Shown here: positions 8,747-18,160 of the stretch, piece by piece
Position numbering within the stretch: the first letter of the stretch is position 1
Layout: each line of letters begins with the position of its first letter
The notes under the pieces: model-generated
What the model was told of the DNA's origin: nothing
Seen by the model: only the letters and a program-made list of their open reading frames with translations
The model's database searches: none
From: Armatimonadota bacterium
Lineage (GTDB): Bacteria; Armatimonadota; Fimbriimonadia; Fimbriimonadales; GBS-DC
DNA length: 34,251 nucleotides
Assembly: GCA_037445735.1 (NCBI GenBank)
Contig: JBBIJY010000016.1
Location: 20,125 to 54,375 of the forward strand
Direction of reading: 5' to 3'
Program-made: the position numbers and the translations under genes

Positions 8747-9121
8747 TCAGCGAATGGTCTGGATCGATTCGAACGGCACCTGCTGGTTATCCACGCGCAG
8801 ATAGACACGCCCGCCGCTCATCTCAACTGCCTGCACCTTGCCACTGATGCGCGTGCCCGATGGCAGGACAGCTTCCACCTCGCGCCCGATGAGTGTGGAT
8901 GCCTGAAAAGTGGTCAGTATCTGCCCCATGCGTTCCACACTCTGGGCGGTGTTGAGCTGCGCCATCTGCGCCAGAAAGTCGCGGTCTTTGACGGGATCGA
9001 GCGGGTTCTGCGAGGTGAGTTCGATAATCAGCAGTCGCAGAAACTGATAGGTGTCCAGCGCGGCGCGTGAGGGCGCGCTGGGCAAATTGTTCGTGCCCGA
9101 CTGCACGGCTAACACATTCAT
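8747..9121 (-). CDS. flgD: Flagellar hook capping protein FlgD
   Basis: FLRLLI.EL..QNPLDP..D.DFLAQMAQ; start chosen 6 nt after SD gaggagg. Confidence 0.92.
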   Translation of the reverse strand: MNVLAVQSGTNNLPSAPSRAALDTYQFLRLLIIELTSQNPLDPVKDRDFLAQMAQLNTAQSVERMGQILTTFQASTLIGREVEAVLPSGTRISGKVQAVEMSGGRVYLRVDNQQVPFESIQTIR

Positions 9122-9146
9122 CGTCATCCTCCTCAGGCAGAGTGAA

Positions 9147-10274
9147 TCACGCCCAGGCACTCCATTGCCCGAAGAGGTTGAGGCTATCCGTAGCGTGTAC
9201 GCGGCGTGAAGGCGTTTCAGGCGAGGGCAGGGAGGAGGGCAGGTCGAACCATCGCCCTCCGAAAGCGCCCTGCGAACCTGTGCTGACCTCAAAATGGGCG
9301 AGTTGTAGCCCGCGTGCGGCTAACTGCTCGCGCAGCTGTTGAGCCTGCTGTTCCAGCGACTGGCGTGTGAGGTCGCGCTCGGCAGCAAGCCACGCATGCA
9401 CCTCGCTCCCCTCCACATGGATGCGAATCTGAAGAGTGCCCAGCTCCGGCGGGTCCAGCTGCAGATGGATGGTTCGCTCCTCACGATGCATTACCAGCCG
9501 CTCCAGCACATCAGCGACCTGCTGGTAGATTGGTGAATCGGATATTGCGGTTGACTCCTGCAGCGAGAAACCGCCTGTTGCATGATGCAACGGCTGGAGA
9601 AGGGCAGGGAAGGGAGCCGAATGTTCATGCGGAGCCAATGATAGCTCCCTGTGCTGAACAGGCTCCACCTGCTGCCCGGTCATCATCGGCTTATCGCGAT
9701 GCAACGCGGTGAGATGTTCCGATTCCAGCAGCGGTGACGCAGGCGAAGTCGCTTCGCCCACAGGATTCTTATTTACAGGTTCTTGCCATAAAGTTGCATC
9801 AATCAGCGCCATTAATTGCATTTTTAGTTCATTTTCCTGATTATCATTTAGAAAATCTATATGTTGTGCATACATATTCGGGTTGCTAACGGCAGGTGCT
9901 GATGGGTTATTGGGCGGTTGTGGGAGTTGGGGCAGGGGAGGGGGCGCGGGCGGCAGCGGATACCCCTGCTCCCCTGCAGCTGATCTCCCACCCTCAAGGA
10001 GCGCGGGTGTGCCCGCAGGCGATGATATAGAAATCCCTGACATGAACGCAACCAGCAGTGCCACCCCATCGCTTGTCTGCTTGTCTGTCATCTGCAGCGG
10101 CAGCTCATCTTGCTGGCATGGTGAACCCTCTCCACTGACAGGGGCGTCGGCGGGCGGGTGGGTGAGTGTGTCGAGCAGTTGCCCAAAGCCCGTCTTGCCC
10201 TGTAAGGGGGCTGTTCCCGCAGGCAGCAGGACACCCTCCAGCTCAGGTGCATTCTCAAGCCTGATGGTCATCAC
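9147..10274 (-). CDS. fliK: Flagellar hook-length control protein FliK
   Basis: Pro-rich disordered N-terminus; C-terminal LQLDPPELGTLQI...L..QL...GL motif; directly upstream of flgD. Confidence 0.88.
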   Translation of the reverse strand: MMTIRLENAPELEGVLLPAGTAPLQGKTGFGQLLDTLTHPPADAPVSGEGSPCQQDELPLQMTDKQTSDGVALLVAFMSGISISSPAGTPALLEGGRSAAGEQGYPLPPAPPPLPQLPQPPNNPSAPAVSNPNMYAQHIDFLNDNQENELKMQLMALIDATLWQEPVNKNPVGEATSPASPLLESEHLTALHRDKPMMTGQQVEPVQHRELSLAPHEHSAPFPALLQPLHHATGGFSLQESTAISDSPIYQQVADVLERLVMHREERTIHLQLDPPELGTLQIRIHVEGSEVHAWLAAERDLTRQSLEQQAQQLREQLAARGLQLAHFEVSTGSQGAFGGRWFDLPSSLPSPETPSRRVHATDSLNLFGQWSAWA

Positions 10275-10280
10275 GGGCTA

Positions 10281-10307
10281 TTATCGGATAGCGGTTGTGG
10301 CTCTTTA
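10281..10307 (-). promoter_or_regulatory. Sigma28 (FliA) promoter of fliK-flgD-flgE
   Basis: Minus strand TAAA-gagccacaaccgcta (15 nt)-TCCGATAA versus consensus TAAA-N15-GCCGATAA. Confidence 0.85.
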
Positions 10308-10338
10308 GTGCTTCTGCTGGCGAGGTACACTTTGTGTG

Positions 10339-11142
10339 ATGGCACGCTGGGAGTTGCTGGCGACAGTGGTGGAGCATCGGCGGCATGCGCCCAATCAATA
10401 TGAGCTGATTCTGCACGCGCCGCCGATAGCCGAAACGGTTCAGCCGGGTCAGTTTGTGCTGGTGCGCCCGCTGGACACCCATGCGCCCTTACTGCGTCGC
10501 CCCTACAGCGTTCTGCGGGCGAACCCCGACAAGGGCGTGATCAGCCTGTTCTACTCGGTGCAGGGCGTGTTCACCGAGCAGCTGTCGCTCAAGCCAGTTG
10601 GCTCCACCATTCGCGTGCTGGGTCCGCTGGGCAACTGGTTCCAGCGTGTGTCGGGTGTGAACCGCCATATTCTGGTGGCAGGCGGCTTCGGTGCGCCGCC
10701 ACTCTGCTTTTTTGCCATGCGATTGGCGCCCACACTCAAAGCAGCTGAGCGTATCGTCATTCTGGCGGGCGCTCGCAGCCGCGATCTGCTGGTCGGGCTG
10801 GACGAGTTTCGAGCGCTGGGCGCGGAGGTGCATGTCGCCACCGAAGACGGCTCGCACGGCTACCCGGGGCTGGTCACAGACCTGCTGATCGAATCGTTAA
10901 AGGATCCGACGCCCGCTGCCGTCTATGCCTGCGGACCCAACGCCATGTTAAAAGTTGTAAGTCAGGCGTGTAAAGCGCGTGGCGTGCCGTGCTTTGTGTC
11001 GGTGGATGTGCCGATACCCTGTGGTGTGGGTGCCTGCCTGGGCTGTGCGGTGCGCGTCGCGATGCCCGATGGAGGGCAGTGGTTCCGACGCGCCTGCGTT
11101 GAGGGACCTGTCTTTCGGGGTGAGGAGGTGGTGTGGGAGTGA
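10339..11142 (+). CDS. pyrK: Dihydroorotate dehydrogenase electron transfer subunit
   Basis: PGQF, LRRPYS, GPLGN, AGGFG, YACGP, CGVGACLGC...CVEGPVF [2Fe-2S] motif; adjacent to pyrD. Confidence 0.95.
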   Translation: MARWELLATVVEHRRHAPNQYELILHAPPIAETVQPGQFVLVRPLDTHAPLLRRPYSVLRANPDKGVISLFYSVQGVFTEQLSLKPVGSTIRVLGPLGNWFQRVSGVNRHILVAGGFGAPPLCFFAMRLAPTLKAAERIVILAGARSRDLLVGLDEFRALGAEVHVATEDGSHGYPGLVTDLLIESLKDPTPAAVYACGPNAMLKVVSQACKARGVPCFVSVDVPIPCGVGACLGCAVRVAMPDGGQWFRRACVEGPVFRGEEVVWE

Positions 11143-12068
11143 ATATAACGCCTGACCTGCGCGTGCAGCTGGGTCCCTTAAGCCTGCCAAACCCTGTTCT
11201 GGCGGCATCGGGCACTTTCGGCTACGGGCTGGAGTATGCCGATCTTGTGAATCTGTCGATGCTGGGGGGCGTGGTGGTCAAAAGCCTGACACTATCGCCG
11301 CGGGCGGGCAACCCGCCGCCGCGCGTGGTGGAGACGCCCGCAGGCATGCTGAACGCAATCGGACTGCAAAACGAGGGTGTGGAGACCTTCATAAGGGAGA
11401 TATTGCCGCGCCTGCGGGAGTATGGCGTGCCGATTATTGCGAGTGTCGCGGGCGAGACGGTGGAGGAGTTCTGCGCGGTGGCGGAGCGGCTTGGCGGCGC
11501 ATCGGGCATCGTCGCGCTGGAGCTGAACCTCTCCTGTCCCAATCAGGCACGGGGTGGGATAGAGTTCGGCGTCGACCCGCAACAGACCGCAGCAGTGGTG
11601 GGGGCGGTGCGGGCACGGTGCAGCCTGCCGCTGATCGCCAAGCTCTCGCCGAATGTGACGGACATCGTGCCGATTGCGCAGGCGGCATGGCAGGCAGGCG
11701 CGGATGCGCTGAGCCTGATCAACAGCCTGTGGGGGCTTGCTGTCGATGTGCAGACGCGCCAGTTCAGGCTGGCGAACCGCACGGGCGGGCTGACAGGCGC
11801 CGCCATTAAGCCCATCGCGCTCTATCATGTGTGGCGTGTGCATCAGGCTCTGCCAGAAGTGCCCCTCATCGGTATCGGTGGCATCATGAGCTGGGAAGAT
11901 GCGGTGGAGTTCCTGCTGGTGGGTGCGAGCGCGGTGCAGGTCGGCACGGCGAACTTTGTACAACCCACCATCTGCCTGCAAATACTGCAGGGGCTGCAAC
12001 GCTACCTGACGGAGCAGGGGATAGCAGGCGTGCAGAGCCTTATCGGATCTGTTCAGGATAATGGCTAA
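11139..12068 (+). CDS. pyrD: Dihydroorotate dehydrogenase, family 1B catalytic subunit
   Basis: NPV..ASGTFG, GNPPPR..ETPAGMLNAIGLQN, ELNLSCPN, KLSPN; GTGA overlap with pyrK stop. Confidence 0.96.
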   Translation: MNITPDLRVQLGPLSLPNPVLAASGTFGYGLEYADLVNLSMLGGVVVKSLTLSPRAGNPPPRVVETPAGMLNAIGLQNEGVETFIREILPRLREYGVPIIASVAGETVEEFCAVAERLGGASGIVALELNLSCPNQARGGIEFGVDPQQTAAVVGAVRARCSLPLIAKLSPNVTDIVPIAQAAWQAGADALSLINSLWGLAVDVQTRQFRLANRTGGLTGAAIKPIALYHVWRVHQALPEVPLIGIGGIMSWEDAVEFLLVGASAVQVGTANFVQPTICLQILQGLQRYLTEQGIAGVQSLIGSVQDNG

Positions 12069-12088
12069 AACCTGCACTTTAAAGGTGT

Positions 12089-13273
12089 TCAATTCTGAAG
12101 GGCGTTCTCCAGCGACTGGAGCATTCGCAGTGCGTCGCTTTCTGACAGGTTCGGTTGCTGAAGGGCGCGGATGGCTTCCTGCAGGGCGCGACGCAGTTCC
12201 GAATCGGGCGGTAGTGTCTCCATCACCTGCATCAGCGTGTAGCCTGCTGGCAGCCCCAGCCGTCGGCAGAGGCGGCGGCGTATGTCCTCCAGCACAATCT
12301 CCAGCGCGGGCTGAACCGCGCGTGCGCTGGCATATAACCCCGTCAGCGCGTCCACATATTCGCCCAGCGCGGGCTTGCGCGGTCGGGCAGGGCGGGGCAG
12401 ACCGAAGCGACGCCCCACGCTGTACATCGCCAGCACGGTCAGCACCATCAGGTGCGCAAAAGCGATTTTCAAGCCTGTGGGCGCGTAGTCCCAGAAGCCC
12501 TGCCGTTGCGTCTCGTACTCCAGATCGCCCTGACCCGCGTCGTCGAAGTAGACGACGCCACCTTTCGGCAGCCGCCAGCGGGTGAACGCCAGAATGAACG
12601 CGCCATTATCCGCGCGCCGCAGATGGGCGTTCGTCAACCAGTCGCGGTCGACGCACTCCAGAACCACCCCTTTGCCACGATAGCGCAGCGCGACCGCTAT
12701 GCCCCTCGAATCGCCCATCAGCGGCACCCATCGCACCGCGTTCGGTTTCAGGCGCGAGCCGCGCTCGCCCATCTCCAGCGACGCCACGCCCGCCATCCAG
12801 TCTGGCTTCAGAACCGGCGCGGCGGTGAATCGCCCGGAGGCGCGCGTCACAAAAGGTGGAGCAGGGGGATCAAACTCGGGCATCAGTGGCTCCGGCATCC
12901 GTGAGTCGTTGCCCAGCAGCACCAGCACACCACCCGCTTCCACCCATCGCTGCAGCGCCTGCTGATCGGTCTCATCCCAGTATTGGTGCTGGGCGAACAG
13001 CGCCGTCAAGGAGGCAGGAAAGACGATGAGCATATCGGCGTCCGCTGGCAGATGGCGGAACGGGCGGCGCAGCGAGCGCACCTGATAGCCGTTGCGTTGC
13101 AACAGTTTTGCCAGCCCGCGCGCGCCCTCCGCATGGCGACTATAGCTGAGCGGGAGGGGCAGGGTCGTCGGGTCTTCCAGCCGCGAAATCGTGTGCAGGG
13201 CATAGCCGATCAGTCCCGCCAGCCCCAGCAGCATCGCCATCAGCACCAGTCGCTCACGCCACTCTCTGCGCAT
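12089..13273 (-). CDS. DUF4350-like membrane protein
   Basis: N-terminal TM helix, SYS...GARGL..LL, WVEAGG.LVL, LTNAHL..ADN, RRFG.P; follows the DUF4129-like gene. Confidence 0.75.
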   Translation of the reverse strand: MRREWRERLVLMAMLLGLAGLIGYALHTISRLEDPTTLPLPLSYSRHAEGARGLAKLLQRNGYQVRSLRRPFRHLPADADMLIVFPASLTALFAQHQYWDETDQQALQRWVEAGGVLVLLGNDSRMPEPLMPEFDPPAPPFVTRASGRFTAAPVLKPDWMAGVASLEMGERGSRLKPNAVRWVPLMGDSRGIAVALRYRGKGVVLECVDRDWLTNAHLRRADNGAFILAFTRWRLPKGGVVYFDDAGQGDLEYETQRQGFWDYAPTGLKIAFAHLMVLTVLAMYSVGRRFGLPRPARPRKPALGEYVDALTGLYASARAVQPALEIVLEDIRRRLCRRLGLPAGYTLMQVMETLPPDSELRRALQEAIRALQQPNLSESDALRMLQSLENALQN

Positions 13274-14237
13274 CGGCTCGCACCGTCCGATTGAGCGTTT
13301 CAAAGACCGATTCGAACTGCCCGAAATCGCTTTCGCTGGCTGGCTCCTTGCCGTACCAGAGATAGTCAAAGCGCACTGTCAGGGGCTGGAGCAGCTGATA
13401 GGCTTGTTCGCGTGCAGCAGGGGCGGGCAGGGCAGGCGAGCGCAGGCGCATCAGATGCTCCCAGTTAGTGCGGGACGGCTCATAATCGAGCAGGTGCGCT
13501 TCATGCAACAGGCGCAGGATCCCCAGATAGAGGGCGCGCGCCGCTGCCCGCAAGTCGCCCTGCGCCCGCAACTGCTGTGCCAGCGCGTGCCACTCGGTTG
13601 AGGACAGCAGGCGAGCGTCGATGAGCTCCTCGTCCAGAGCGGGCATGGCGCGCCGCTCGCGCCGCCACTCCAGCCGCCCAATCAGATACGACGCCGCAAA
13701 CGCGATGATTAATATCAACAGCGCCACGATAACCCACTGCACAATCGCGCCCCAGGTGCCCCCCGTGCCAGCCGGCAAACCGCGCAACAGCCGCGCCAGC
13801 CAGCGACCAATCTGTTCGATGAATCGGAAGATGGCTTCACCCACGCGCTCTATCAGCGACCTGGGTGGCGGCTGCATGTCAGGTTCGGCAAAGAGGGCGT
13901 CCAGTTGTGCTCGCACCGCGCTGGGATCCGGTGAGCGCGAATCGCTTCGGAGCGTGGCGCGATAGCTTTCGATGGCGCGCAGCGCTTCGCGCAGGGCGCC
14001 CGCTCGCTGACTCCAGCGTGCGCTATTGAGTCGGCGCTCCAGCGGTTCGCGGGCAGGGGAGGGCAGCGTGCTGATTGCCCGCCGCGCCTCCTCAATCAGT
14101 TGCTGGCGCCCGGAACTCTGTACCCGTTGTGCCTGCGTCAACAGCGACTCCGCCCGCGCCAGCGCCGCCTCCAGCGACGGCTGCGACCAGCCCGCCAGCC
14201 ACAGCAACCCACCCAGCAACCAGCCCAGCCACCTCAC
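13254..14237 (-). CDS. DUF4129-like membrane protein
   Basis: Central TM helix; C-terminal A.RALY...L..L....SRTNWEH...FDYLWYG motif. Confidence 0.8.
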   Translation of the reverse strand: MRWLGWLLGGLLWLAGWSQPSLEAALARAESLLTQAQRVQSSGRQQLIEEARRAISTLPSPAREPLERRLNSARWSQRAGALREALRAIESYRATLRSDSRSPDPSAVRAQLDALFAEPDMQPPPRSLIERVGEAIFRFIEQIGRWLARLLRGLPAGTGGTWGAIVQWVIVALLILIIAFAASYLIGRLEWRRERRAMPALDEELIDARLLSSTEWHALAQQLRAQGDLRAAARALYLGILRLLHEAHLLDYEPSRTNWEHLMRLRSPALPAPAAREQAYQLLQPLTVRFDYLWYGKEPASESDFGQFESVFETLNRTVRADAQRVA

Positions 14238-15283
14238 GCCTGCAGTGACCCCTCCTGTGCCAGCGCCAGCCGAATGTCCATCCCCTCATAACGGTAGCGC
14301 AAATCGTAATAGAGTAAAAAGCTTGTCATATACATCACGGACATCAACAGACTGAAGCCTAAATAATAAAGAAGATTAAACGCCTGATTGAGGCTTGAGT
14401 TCCAGCGCAGGAAGAACGCCTCCGGGTCGAAGTAGGTACGCACAATCAGATAGCCCAGACCCGCCAGCATGCCAACCAGCAGATACGATGCGGTCAGAGC
14501 CACTGCATGAAAGCCGATGAGCGCCAGCGCGCTGAGGAACGCATGCCGGAAATTTCTGCCGACCAGCCGAAAGGCGCGGTCGAACGCGGTCAGCGCGTCG
14601 GTGTTCGGTTCCAGAATCACTATCTGGGGCAGGATGAAGAACCAGACACTCACCGCCGCCGCCGCAATCACCCACAGAATCGTAATGAAGAGGCTACCCA
14701 GCATCGCCAGGATCAATGAAGTAGTACCGCCCCCTCCAGTTGCGCTCACGCCTACCGCCATGAACAAACCTATGAAGAGTATAACGAAAAATATTCCAAT
14801 CACTACATGCAAAATAGCAAGAGCGATAACAGCGAGCAGTTGATTCGCGATCAGGTGCCAGAAGCGCGGTTTCAGACGCGCCCACACCGACCGAATCGTG
14901 ACGGGTTCACCCTGCAGGCGCATCGCAGCGACGAGCGAGGTCACCGCCGCGTGCAGGGCAGGCGTGATGAATAGAAAGGGGTAGGCGAGGCAAACGGAAG
15001 CGAAGTAGATTATATCGGCGGTGGCAAACGGCTGGGGCGTGCGCGTGGTAGCGTTCAGGACAACAATCGGCACCAGCGTCACCAGCACCAGCGTGAGGAG
15101 CGGAGCATAGACCAGCACGGACGCCTTCGCCATCACAGGAAAGTTCTCACGATAGAAGGCAACGGCGTCATCTATCATCTCAAAGGGCGACATCGGGCGC
15201 AGCAACCACTGATAGCGGGTGCGTACCAGCTCCGCTTCGCCCACGCGCCAGTCGCTTGCTGTTGATTCGTGCCAGTGCTCCAT
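14234..15283 (-). CDS. Multi-pass membrane protein (type found with DUF4129/DUF4350 genes)
   Basis: LRPMS..E.ID.A...YR at the start, 6-7 TM helices, C-terminal LLYYDLRYRYEGMDI motif. Confidence 0.8.
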   Translation of the reverse strand: MEHWHESTASDWRVGEAELVRTRYQWLLRPMSPFEMIDDAVAFYRENFPVMAKASVLVYAPLLTLVLVTLVPIVVLNATTRTPQPFATADIIYFASVCLAYPFLFITPALHAAVTSLVAAMRLQGEPVTIRSVWARLKPRFWHLIANQLLAVIALAILHVVIGIFFVILFIGLFMAVGVSATGGGGTTSLILAMLGSLFITILWVIAAAAVSVWFFILPQIVILEPNTDALTAFDRAFRLVGRNFRHAFLSALALIGFHAVALTASYLLVGMLAGLGYLIVRTYFDPEAFFLRWNSSLNQAFNLLYYLGFSLLMSVMYMTSFLLYYDLRYRYEGMDIRLALAQEGSLQA

Positions 15284-15321
15284 GCCGATTGCCCGATTCG
15301 ATAAGCACGCGCCGTCTCCTG

Positions 15322-15978
15322 CTATGGTGGGTCTATCAGCGATGCCACCTGCGCGCGCAGAAACTCCAGCTGCTGTTCAGGCGATGGCAGCGCCAGAATC
15401 TGCTCGGCAGGGAGAGGTGAGCCAAACCGCACTGTGATAACACTGAACACAACGCGCGGGAAAAGTTTACCGTAGGGAATCAGCCGTTCGGTGCCGCGAA
15501 TGCCCACGGGCAGCACGGGCGCGCGGGTCTGACGCAGGATCAGCAGCACGCCTGGCAGAAACGGCAACAGCTCGCCCGTCTCACTGCATTCGCCTTCGGG
15601 AAAGATGCCGAGCGCCTCGCCCGCTCGCACGGTTTCAATCGCTTGCTGGAGCGCGGCGCGGTCGGCAGAACGCTGGCGCACGGGGATCGCCCGCGCCAGG
15701 CGCAGTATGCTGCCGATCAGAGGCAGGTCAAACACATCCGCACGCCCCATGAAGCAGATATGGCGCGGTGAGGCGTACCAGAGCGCGATGGGATCCGCAA
15801 TCGAGAGATGGTTCGCGATCACAATCAGTCCGCCGCGTCTGGGCACGCGCTCGCGCCCGAGGATGCGCAGCCAGCAGCCGAACGGCACGCGCAGGATCAG
15901 CCCGAAGAAAAGTTTGCAGAACGCGAAGGCGGGCGGGAACAGCAGGCGGTGCAGGAGCGGGATTTTGCGCTCAGCCAT
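15322..15978 (-). CDS. plsC: 1-acyl-sn-glycerol-3-phosphate acyltransferase
   Basis: NHLSIADP (HX4D) and IFPEG motifs. Confidence 0.85.
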   Translation of the reverse strand: MAERKIPLLHRLLFPPAFAFCKLFFGLILRVPFGCWLRILGRERVPRRGGLIVIANHLSIADPIALWYASPRHICFMGRADVFDLPLIGSILRLARAIPVRQRSADRAALQQAIETVRAGEALGIFPEGECSETGELLPFLPGVLLILRQTRAPVLPVGIRGTERLIPYGKLFPRVVFSVITVRFGSPLPAEQILALPSPEQQLEFLRAQVASLIDPP

Positions 15979-16001
15979 AGAGTCCGATAAGAAGCATTAT
16001 G

Positions 16002-16613
16002 TTAACTATAGTCCTCGCTCACGCCCGCCGCCTCCAGCACCGCCTCCGTCATATAAATCGGCGCGTTAAAGCGCAGTGCAATCGCAATCGCGTCGCTCGG
16101 ACGCGCGTCGATTTCGATCTCTTCTTCGTCTTCCAGATTCTTGCGAACGACGAGGAAAATTTTCGCGTAGAAGGTCTCGCGCCACAGGTCATCAATCACC
16201 ACGCGGTCGACCCGTACGCCCAGTCGGTCCAGGATGTTGCGCATGAGGTCGTGTGTGAGCGGTCGTTGCGGCGCGGAGCCGCTGAGCGCCAGCGCGATTG
16301 AGTAGGCTTCGAACTGCCCGATAAGGATTGGCACGCGCCGTCCATAGTTGTCGCGCAGTTCCACCAGTGTGTAGCGGGGTTGACCGGGTTCCTGGCGCTC
16401 GTAGACGCCTGTGATGCGCACTTCCAGCTCGCGTCCGCGGTCATAGGCGGGCGGTTCGTCCAGCTCATCGTCGTAGTCGGGCAGGTCGCCCAGCAGCCGT
16501 CGCAGCTGCTCCTCATCGACCTCGCCCGACGCTTGCTCCTCACCCTCGTAGGAGCCTTCAGGCTCCTTATCGGGTTCGTCTTCGTAGCGTCGTCGGCGTT
16601 CGTCGTCTCGCAT
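16002..16613 (-). CDS. Bifunctional nuclease family protein (DUF151) with acidic N-terminal extension
   Basis: PILIGQFEA, RPLTHDL, FYAKI, IDARPSDAIAIALR. Confidence 0.92.
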   Translation of the reverse strand: MRDDERRRRYEDEPDKEPEGSYEGEEQASGEVDEEQLRRLLGDLPDYDDELDEPPAYDRGRELEVRITGVYERQEPGQPRYTLVELRDNYGRRVPILIGQFEAYSIALALSGSAPQRPLTHDLMRNILDRLGVRVDRVVIDDLWRETFYAKIFLVVRKNLEDEEEIEIDARPSDAIAIALRFNAPIYMTEAVLEAAGVSEDYS

Positions 16614-16627
16614 GGCGCTTGCCTCCT

Positions 16628-18061
16628 TCAGCTGGTCTGGACGCGCGAGACCACCTGCTGCAGAAACTCGCGGTTGGAGCGCGTGCGTTGCAGCAGTCGG
16701 ATCAGCTGCTCCGTCGCCTCCACCATGTCCTCCTGGTTCGCCAGCAGGCGTCGCAGTTGCCAGATTGCCATCAGCTCCTCTTTTGGATACAGCAATTCCT
16801 CGTGTCGAGTGCCCGACCGCTTCACATCGATGGCGGGAAAGATGCGCCGTTCGGACAGCTCGCGTGAGAGAACCAGCTCCATGTTGCCAGTGCCCTTGAA
16901 CTCTTCGAAGATGACCTCGTCCATGCGCGAGCCGGTGTCGATCAGGCAGGTGGCGATGACGGTGAGGCTGCCGCCCTCTTCGATATTGCGGGCGGCGCCG
17001 AAGAAGCGTTTCGGGCGATAGAGCGCGGCGGGGTCTAATCCACCTGACAGGGTGCGTCCGCTGGGGCTGGTGGTCAGGTTCGAAGCGCGTCCGAACCGTG
17101 TCAGGCTATCCAGCAGCACGACCACATCCTTGCCCTGCTCCACCAGTCGCTTGGCACGCTCCAGCACCAGGTCGGCGACGCGCATGTGGTTTTCGGGCGG
17201 TTCGTCGAAGGTGGAGCTGATGACCGTGCCGCGCACCGAGCGTCGCATATCTGTCACCTCTTCGGGGCGCTCATCGACCAGCAGCACAAGCAGCACCACT
17301 TCGGGGTGGTTGGCGGTGATGCTGTTGGCAATCGATTTAAGCAGGGTGGTCTTCCCTGCTTTGGGCGGTGCGACAATCAGCGCGCGCTGACCCTTGCCGA
17401 TGGGCGCGATCAGGTCAATAATGCGCCCGGAGATGTTTTCGGGTGTGGTCTCCATCACCAGCCGCTCGTTGGGATAGAGGGGTGTGAGCTGTTCGAAGTC
17501 CTTGCGGGCGCGCACGCTTTCGGCGGGCACGCCATTCACGGCTTCCACGCGCAGCAGTCCGTAGTATTTTTCGCCCTCTTTGGGTGGGCGGGCGACGCCG
17601 AACACCAGATCGCCGGTGCGCAAGCCGAACCGCTTGATCTGCGACTGCGACACATACACATCCTCGTTGGTGTTCTGCAGGTTCGGGTGGCGTCGCAGGA
17701 AGCCCCAGCCATCGGGCAGGATTTCGAGGATGCCCCAGGCGTACTCGGTGCCCGGCTCGCGGTTGGTCGCCTGCAGGATACGGTAGGCGTACTCGCTTTT
17801 GTCCTCGCTTTCGAGCTCGATGCCAAGCCGTCGGGCGCGTCGCTTCAGGTCGCTCAGCGGCTCTTCGATCAGGTCGCGAAAGTTGAGTTCACGCGTGGCA
17901 ACCTTTGACACAGCGGTTGGCTCCGCCTCCAGCAGCGCGTCGGCGGACGGTCCATCGCCGCCAAAGGTGGTCGCCTCATCGTCGATGGGGCGCGTTTCGG
18001 TCAAGAGCGTCTCTGTCGATTCCTCCAGAGTCGTGGTTGTGGTGCGTGTTTTCCTTCTCAT
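16628..18061 (-). CDS. rho: Transcription termination factor Rho
   Basis: GILEILPDGWGFLR, DVYVSQSQI.RFGLRTGD, PIGKGQR...APPKAGKT, DERPEEVTD, FEEFKGTGNME. Start chosen at MRRK after ggaaggg. Confidence 0.97.
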   Translation of the reverse strand: MRRKTRTTTTTLEESTETLLTETRPIDDEATTFGGDGPSADALLEAEPTAVSKVATRELNFRDLIEEPLSDLKRRARRLGIELESEDKSEYAYRILQATNREPGTEYAWGILEILPDGWGFLRRHPNLQNTNEDVYVSQSQIKRFGLRTGDLVFGVARPPKEGEKYYGLLRVEAVNGVPAESVRARKDFEQLTPLYPNERLVMETTPENISGRIIDLIAPIGKGQRALIVAPPKAGKTTLLKSIANSITANHPEVVLLVLLVDERPEEVTDMRRSVRGTVISSTFDEPPENHMRVADLVLERAKRLVEQGKDVVVLLDSLTRFGRASNLTTSPSGRTLSGGLDPAALYRPKRFFGAARNIEEGGSLTVIATCLIDTGSRMDEVIFEEFKGTGNMELVLSRELSERRIFPAIDVKRSGTRHEELLYPKEELMAIWQLRRLLANQEDMVEATEQLIRLLQRTRSNREFLQQVVSRVQTS

Positions 18062-18160
18062 GGCTGTACCCTTCCATTTCGCGCGTGGCGAATCGGGATT
18101 GCGCTTCGCCATTCGCGTCCGTTTGTCTGTTGTCTGGTTATGGGGATGTCCACCATTCCT

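Noticed and set aside
11292..12092. Long antisense or alternate-frame ORFs (e.g. 11292-12092, 21245-22075, 17186-17908, 1113-1823, 27281-28009)
   Set aside because: Shadow ORFs expected in high-GC coding DNA, overlapping confidently identified genes.
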